NCBI GenBank assembly: GCA_041750285.1 | Contig: JBGSZS010000007.1 | Coordinates: forward strand, 207,700-271,699 | Length of the DNA: 64,000 nt | Source of the DNA: Candidatus Fermentibacteraceae bacterium | Lineage (GTDB): Bacteria > Fermentibacterota > Fermentibacteria > Fermentibacterales > JCC-6 | Reading direction: 5' to 3' | Shown: positions 59,283 to 64,000 of the stretch, piece after piece | Layout: every line of letters begins with the position of its first letter | How positions within the stretch are numbered: position 1 is the first letter of the stretch | The notes under the pieces: model-generated | What the model was told of the DNA's origin: nothing | The model's input: the letters and a program-made list of their open reading frames with translations, nothing else | The model's database searches: none | Made by a program: the position numbers and the translations under genes

Positions 59283-60656
59283 ATGAAATGGATCGTCATC
59301 CTGCTGTTCCTGTCGGGACTCTGCCCCGCCCAGCCGGGGATCGTGTGGGAAACACAACGGGCTGACTACTTCTACGATGTTCACGAGACTTCTACCGGAG
59401 ACTTTATTATTGCCGGTAGAGAAATCGGCACTCCTAATGATGACAAATGCCTGTTCAGGTTCACCTCTTCGGGCCAGTATCTGTGGGAGTGTGGAGATCC
59501 TGATCTTTACTACCAGGAGGGTATGTGGGTAGAGGAAACCAACGATGGTGCATTCATCGTTGTCGGCAGGTGCAAGATTGCTCAGGAATCCACATACGAT
59601 TTGTTCATCCAGAAGGTTAATGGCGATGGTAATCTGCTCTGGACCAGGGTGTTTGATACCAGCGCTTCAGCAGAAAGGGCATACTGCGTACTTGCCCTTC
59701 CCGGCGGGGAATTCGTGATATGCGGCGAGAAGGACCCAGAGGAGGGGATGGATCAGGCCTGGATTCTGCGCACCGACTCCCAGGGGGACACCCTGTGGAC
59801 CAGGGAATGGGGCTGGGAGTACAACGACGAGGCCAGGCGGGTGCTCCTGGTGGACAGCGCCCTGACGGTTCTGATGCATGGAAGGCTGGAGTCCACTTCC
59901 TACGGTCCTCACCTTGTCCGGTACGACCTGGATGGCAACCTCCTCTGGGAAACCCCCATACCGGAGCTGTACGGTTACCATGGCCAGGATATGTGCCGGG
60001 CTTCCGACTTCGGGTACGTGGTTCTCACTGAGCATGCTCCCTGGATAGCACATGCGGACTCGACCGGCAGTACTCAGTGGATGACAAATCCGATGGGCAT
60101 CAACTCGAAATGGGGCAACTCGATCAATCCCACCATGGACGGCGGGTACATCTACGCAGGTCAGAACCAGCCGTACCAGCCTGGCAGGGACGAGTACTCG
60201 GGCATGCTCGTGAAGCTCGATTCAGAAGGAACTCAGCAGTGGTGGGATTTCGTATACGAGTCCGACTGCGACGGCCTGTTCTCCGCAAGGCAGCTATCTT
60301 CGGGCGGATACATCGCCTCTGGAGTCGCTGGTGGTCAGGGTTACCTGATTCGTTACGAGCCGGAACTCGGGATCGATGAACCCGGGCGCTCATCGGCAGC
60401 GACTCTGTCACTCCGCCCCACGCCTTTCAACAGCATTCTTAGCATCAGCTACCACCTTTCTGATTTGGGTCCCATGATGTTGTCCGTCTTCGATCTCACC
60501 GGACGGTTGGTGGAGAAACTGGAATCGGGTGTTCGGCCTGCCGGGGGTAACACAGTTGTTTGGTCTCCCGGTCCTGAATGCCCCGCTGGCTGCTATCTTG
60601 TCGTCCTTGATGCCTGCGGGGAGCGTCTTGTCGCCAGGTGCGTGAAGCTGGATTAG
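59283..60656 (+). CDS. Secreted beta-propeller-like repeat protein with CTD, paralog B
   Basis: Same signal peptide, core and CTD type as A; unique N-terminal segment. Confidence 0.8.
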   Translation: MKWIVILLFLSGLCPAQPGIVWETQRADYFYDVHETSTGDFIIAGREIGTPNDDKCLFRFTSSGQYLWECGDPDLYYQEGMWVEETNDGAFIVVGRCKIAQESTYDLFIQKVNGDGNLLWTRVFDTSASAERAYCVLALPGGEFVICGEKDPEEGMDQAWILRTDSQGDTLWTREWGWEYNDEARRVLLVDSALTVLMHGRLESTSYGPHLVRYDLDGNLLWETPIPELYGYHGQDMCRASDFGYVVLTEHAPWIAHADSTGSTQWMTNPMGINSKWGNSINPTMDGGYIYAGQNQPYQPGRDEYSGMLVKLDSEGTQQWWDFVYESDCDGLFSARQLSSGGYIASGVAGGQGYLIRYEPELGIDEPGRSSAATLSLRPTPFNSILSISYHLSDLGPMMLSVFDLTGRLVEKLESGVRPAGGNTVVWSPGPECPAGCYLVVLDACGERLVARCVKLD

Positions 60657-60688
60657 GAGGAAGTTGGCGGAGTGAGGAGCCGGACGGA

Positions 60689-62095
60689 ATGAAATGGATC
60701 GTCATCATGCTGTTCCTGTCGGGATTGTGCCCTGCCCAGCCGGGGATCGTGTGGGATAAAGTGTTCTTCAACGGCTACATCGGCTTCTTCCTGGACGTAC
60801 ATCAGACAATTGATGGTGGGTTCATTGTAGCCGGCTTCAGAGCACAAGGCCCCGAAGAAGACGCGTGTGTTTTCAAAATGGACCAAGACGGAAATCTTGC
60901 ATGGTGCTATGGTCTTGATGGATGGTGGTCACATGGTGCCAACTGGGTTGAAGAGCTTGATAATGGGGATTTTATAGTAACTGGAGCGGGCAGTCTGTCA
61001 TCAGCAGGAGATGTCATGCTCTTCATCTCTCGGATAGATTCGGAGGGGAATGAGCTCTGGGTGCAGACTTACAATATCACAGATTCCTTTGAAATGGGAT
61101 ATTGCATCACACCGCTGCTTGACGGCGGTTTCGTCATATGCGGCGAGAAGGATCCGGAGGAGGGGATGGATCAGGCCTGGATCCTCCGGACTGACGCCGA
61201 TGGGGACACCCTGTGGACCAGGGAATGGGGCTGGGAGTACAACGACGAGGCCAGGCGGGTGCTCCTGGTGGACGGCGCTCTGACGGTGCTGATGCAAGGA
61301 AGGCTGGAGTCCACTTCCTACGGTCCTCACCTTGTCCGGTACGACCTGGACGGCAACCTCCTCTGGGAAACCCCCGTGCCGGAACTGTACGGCTACACTT
61401 ACCGCGGACAGGATATGTGCTACTCCCCCGCCGACGGAGGATACTTCGTTCTCACCCACCATGGTCCCTGGCTGGCACTCACTGACAGCCAAGGCGTCCT
61501 CCAATGGCTGGTGCCGGGGAGGGGAGCGTCGAATCCCCTGGGCTACTCCATAAACACCACCATGGATCAGGGCATCATCTACGCGGGTCAGAGCACCCCC
61601 GACCCGGATATCCCGGGAACGACCTATTCAGGCATGATAGTCCGTTATGATTCATCGGGGAACGAAGTGTGGTGGGACTATGTCTACCATTCCGACTGCG
61701 AAGGCCAGTTCTCCGCAAGGCAGCTATCTTCGGCTGGATACATTGCCTGTGGCATTGCGGGGAGTTCATTGAACGGGCCAGGCTACCTGATCCGTTACGC
61801 TCCCGAGTTGGGTGTGGAGGGCGGACCAGAACCCGGGCTTCGGATAGACTTGGGATGCAACCCCTTCTCTTCGGTTCTTCCCGTGGGGTTCACACTGCCC
61901 TGCGATTCCCGGGCGGAGGTTTGCGTGTACGACCTGTCCGGTCGGCTGGTGGAACGTCTGGTGTCGGGTGCGCTGCCCGCCGGTGAGCACCAGGTCTCCT
62001 GGAGCCCCTGCGCCGGCGTCCCCCCGGGTTGCTACTTCGTGGTGCTGGATACTGAGTACGGGCGGGCAGCCGCCCGGTGCGCAAGGATGCAATGA
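60689..62095 (+). CDS. Secreted beta-propeller-like repeat protein with CTD, paralog C
   Basis: Shared signal and core, second middle-segment allele, distinct CTD (CNPFSS...VYDLSGRLV...PPGCYFV). Confidence 0.8.
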   Translation: MKWIVIMLFLSGLCPAQPGIVWDKVFFNGYIGFFLDVHQTIDGGFIVAGFRAQGPEEDACVFKMDQDGNLAWCYGLDGWWSHGANWVEELDNGDFIVTGAGSLSSAGDVMLFISRIDSEGNELWVQTYNITDSFEMGYCITPLLDGGFVICGEKDPEEGMDQAWILRTDADGDTLWTREWGWEYNDEARRVLLVDGALTVLMQGRLESTSYGPHLVRYDLDGNLLWETPVPELYGYTYRGQDMCYSPADGGYFVLTHHGPWLALTDSQGVLQWLVPGRGASNPLGYSINTTMDQGIIYAGQSTPDPDIPGTTYSGMIVRYDSSGNEVWWDYVYHSDCEGQFSARQLSSAGYIACGIAGSSLNGPGYLIRYAPELGVEGGPEPGLRIDLGCNPFSSVLPVGFTLPCDSRAEVCVYDLSGRLVERLVSGALPAGEHQVSWSPCAGVPPGCYFVVLDTEYGRAAARCARMQ

Positions 62096-63501
62096 AGAGC
62101 ATCATCATGCTGCCCCTCCTCTGGACGCTCTGCCCTGCCCAGCCGGGGATCGTGTGGGAGAGAACCTACTTCCCGGGAACTACCTGTAGTTTCCTTGATG
62201 TACACGAGACCAGCAATGGAGGGTTCATTGTTGCAGGGCTTCGGAACGGGGGTGCCTTTCCAGACGCATGCCTGTTCAGGTTCAGTCCGACAGGTGATCT
62301 GGTATGGGAAGTGTCCGAACCCTGGGATTATCAGAAGACTCAGTGGGTGGAGGAACTGCCCGATGGGGAGGGATTCATTGCGACCGGTGTATGCAGGGTC
62401 AATCCGGATGACTCATATGCATTCTGTCTTGTTAGAGTCAATGCCGATGGCAATCTTGAATGGTCCCGTGTGCTGGACGTAGAGAACTCAACAGAATACG
62501 GTACCTGTGTGCTGCCGCTTCCTGATGATGGGTACGCTGTCACAGCCTACAGGAGTTCAACTGATCTGGGTAGACAGGCTTGGATCCTGCGCACCGACTC
62601 CCAGGGGGATACCCTGTGGACCAGGGAATGGGGCTGGGAGTACAGCGACGAGGCCAGGCGGGTGCTCCTGGTGGACGGCGCCCTGACCGTTTTGATGCAG
62701 GGCAGGCTTCAGACAACTTCCTACGGCCCTCACCTTGTCCGGTACGACCTGGACGGCAACCTCCTCTGGGAAACCCCCATACCGGAACTGTACGGCTACG
62801 TTTACCGCGGCCAGGATATGTGCTACTCCCCCGCCGACGGAGGATACTTCGTTCTCACCCACCACGGTCCCTGGCTGGCACATACTGACAGCCTAGGCGT
62901 CCTCCAGTGGCTGGTGCCGGGGAGGGGAGCATCGAATCCCCTGGGCTACTCCATAAACACCACCATGGATCAGGGCATCATCTACGCGGGTCAGAGCACC
63001 CCCGACCCGGATATCCCGGGAACGACCTATTCAGGCATGATAGTCCGTTACGATTCCTCTGGAAACGAAGTGTGGTGGGACTATGTCTACAATTCCGACT
63101 GCGAAGGCCTGTTCTCCGCAAGGCAGCTATCTTCGGGTGGATACATTGCCTGTGGCATTGCGGGGAGTTCATTGAACGGGCCAGGCTACCTGATCCGTTA
63201 CGAGCCGGAACTAGGGATCGATGAACCCGGGTGCTCATCGGCAGCAACTCTGTCACTCCACCCCACGCCTTTCAACAGCATTCTTAGCATCAGCTACCAC
63301 CTTTCTGATTTGGGTCCCATGATGTTGTCCGTCTTCGATCTCACCGGACGGATGGTGGAGAAACTGGAATCGGGTGTTCGGCCTGCCGGGGGTAACACAG
63401 TTCTTTGGTCACCCGGTCCTGAATGCCCCGCTGGCTGCTATCTTGTTGTCCTTGATGCCTGCGGGGAGCGTCTTGTTGCCAGGTGCGCGAAGCTGGATTA
63501 G
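62092..63501 (+). CDS. Secreted beta-propeller-like repeat protein with CTD, paralog D
   Basis: Different signal peptide, shared core, middle segment like C, CTD like A/B; ATGA overlap with C. Confidence 0.8.
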   Translation: MKSIIMLPLLWTLCPAQPGIVWERTYFPGTTCSFLDVHETSNGGFIVAGLRNGGAFPDACLFRFSPTGDLVWEVSEPWDYQKTQWVEELPDGEGFIATGVCRVNPDDSYAFCLVRVNADGNLEWSRVLDVENSTEYGTCVLPLPDDGYAVTAYRSSTDLGRQAWILRTDSQGDTLWTREWGWEYSDEARRVLLVDGALTVLMQGRLQTTSYGPHLVRYDLDGNLLWETPIPELYGYVYRGQDMCYSPADGGYFVLTHHGPWLAHTDSLGVLQWLVPGRGASNPLGYSINTTMDQGIIYAGQSTPDPDIPGTTYSGMIVRYDSSGNEVWWDYVYNSDCEGLFSARQLSSGGYIACGIAGSSLNGPGYLIRYEPELGIDEPGCSSAATLSLHPTPFNSILSISYHLSDLGPMMLSVFDLTGRMVEKLESGVRPAGGNTVLWSPGPECPAGCYLVVLDACGERLVARCAKLD

Positions 63502-63521
63502 CAGGAAGTTGAGGGAGTGAG

Positions 63522-63637
63522 TGACCTGCCCCCCGAAAACCAGTCCACCCGATTTGTTAGGGTGACTGGTTTCGGACGGGGGTAATCAACGTGCAGGAAG
63601 AGCTTCACCGCGGAGCAGATCATCAGCAAGTTCCGGG
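63522..63637 (+). mobile_element. IS3-family left end with decayed orfA 5' fragment
   Basis: TGACCTGCCCCCCGAAAACCAGTCCA resembles IS3-family terminal repeats; ACG-TGC-RKSFTAEQIISKFRE resembles an OrfA N-terminus with a mutated start. Confidence 0.7.
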
Positions 63638-63856
63638 AACCTGCTGGAGAAGGTGCTTGTACAGGGTCAGTTCAGCCACGATCCGATTGAGCAATCTGTT
63701 CTTTTCACGGAACTGAAGAAGCTCACGCAGCTCGCTGATCCGCATCCCGCGCTACCTCAGCTTCCAGGTGTGGAAGACTGCTCGCCCGCCCCGGGCTTAC
63801 GGCAGACATCCCCTAAAGGCTTGCCGTTTCCGGCTATCTTCAAAGCATTGATGCTC
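63638..63856 (-). pseudogene. IS3-family transposase OrfA remnant (frameshift and internal stop)
   Basis: Minus strand INALKIAGNGKPLGDVCRKPGAGEQ/fs/FHTWKLR*RGMRISELRELLQFREKNRLLNRIVAELTLYKHLLQQV (HTH plus leucine zipper). Confidence 0.8.
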
Positions 63857-64000
63857 AGTAGTCAGTGCTGTCCAAAACAGGACAGGTTTTGCCTCGGCCT
63901 TGTGACAGGCCAATAACTTAGAGCTCCGGTTTTCATCTTTTCGAGATCAGGCCTCCTTTTCGGAGGTTTTCTTTTTCCCCTCCTGCCGCAAGCTGTCCAA

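Larger units (their letters stand above)
57833..63521 (+). repeat. Four tandem units of about 1.4 kb with mosaic near-identical segments
   Basis: Start codons spaced 1421, 1406 and 1403 bp; near-identical core at about 58327-58560, 59745-59978, 61164-61397 and 62575-62799. Confidence 0.92.

Noticed and set aside
59232..60688. N-terminal extensions MREAGLGGSWRSEE.DG on paralogs B and C in the ORF track
   Set aside because: These come from upstream in-frame GTGs inside the previous gene. The real starts are MKW, each with a GAGGAG SD and a signal peptide.
57862..63501. Diversity-generating retroelement (TR/VR pair) behind the paralog variation
   Set aside because: There is no reverse transcriptase in the window. 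Differences between near-identical segments are not adenine-specific, and the variation is block-wise.
57833..63521. CRISPR array or integron attC cassettes
   Set aside because: The repeats are separated by 1.4-kb paralogous genes and lack palindromic attC or CRISPR structure; no cas or intI gene is seen.
63653..63916. 87-aa plus-strand ORF
   Set aside because: It is the antisense shadow of the IS3 orfA remnant.
54860..64000. Classical tmRNA-integrated prophage or ICE
   Set aside because: No integrase, phage or conjugation genes, and no duplicated tmRNA 3' end within the window; one could still lie beyond it.

Overview
A GC-rich (roughly 60-65%) chromosomal segment from an anaerobic, probably diderm bacterium. 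Gene content and the T9SS/FlgD-like C-terminal domains suggest the FCB superphylum, perhaps Ca. Fermentibacterota; this is inference only. Positions 1-54.9 kb are mostly core genes: hydF/hydE, a 5'-nucleotidase, iorAB, a GT2-asnB-FAD oxidoreductase-GT-C glycan module, bfr-ybaN-mgtE, an arsR-permease-thioredoxin-ccdA operon with arsC, rnfCDGEAB-selAB, ugd/wbpA/mini-wza/wzc, the dcw cluster from mraZ to ftsZ, a radical SAM gene, rpmB and tmRNA. Downstream of the tmRNA is an accessory block. It holds a large secreted glycosidase-like/CARDB protein followed by four tandem paralogous secreted beta-propeller-like proteins that are mosaics of shared and unique segments, and it ends in IS3 remnants. 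The most interesting observations are: (1) the segment-shuffled secreted-protein array, whose spacers repeat the 3' end of the anchor gene; (2) a tmRNA whose tag frame seems to be only GCC-GCG-TAA; (3) a 2x[4Fe-4S] ferredoxin with a hydrophobic N-terminus and a T9SS-type sorting domain; (4) a Pro-rich uORF/anti-SD attenuator before mgtE; (5) a candidate Na+-riboswitch/terminator switch before rnfC. All calls come from reading motifs by eye; no searches were run.
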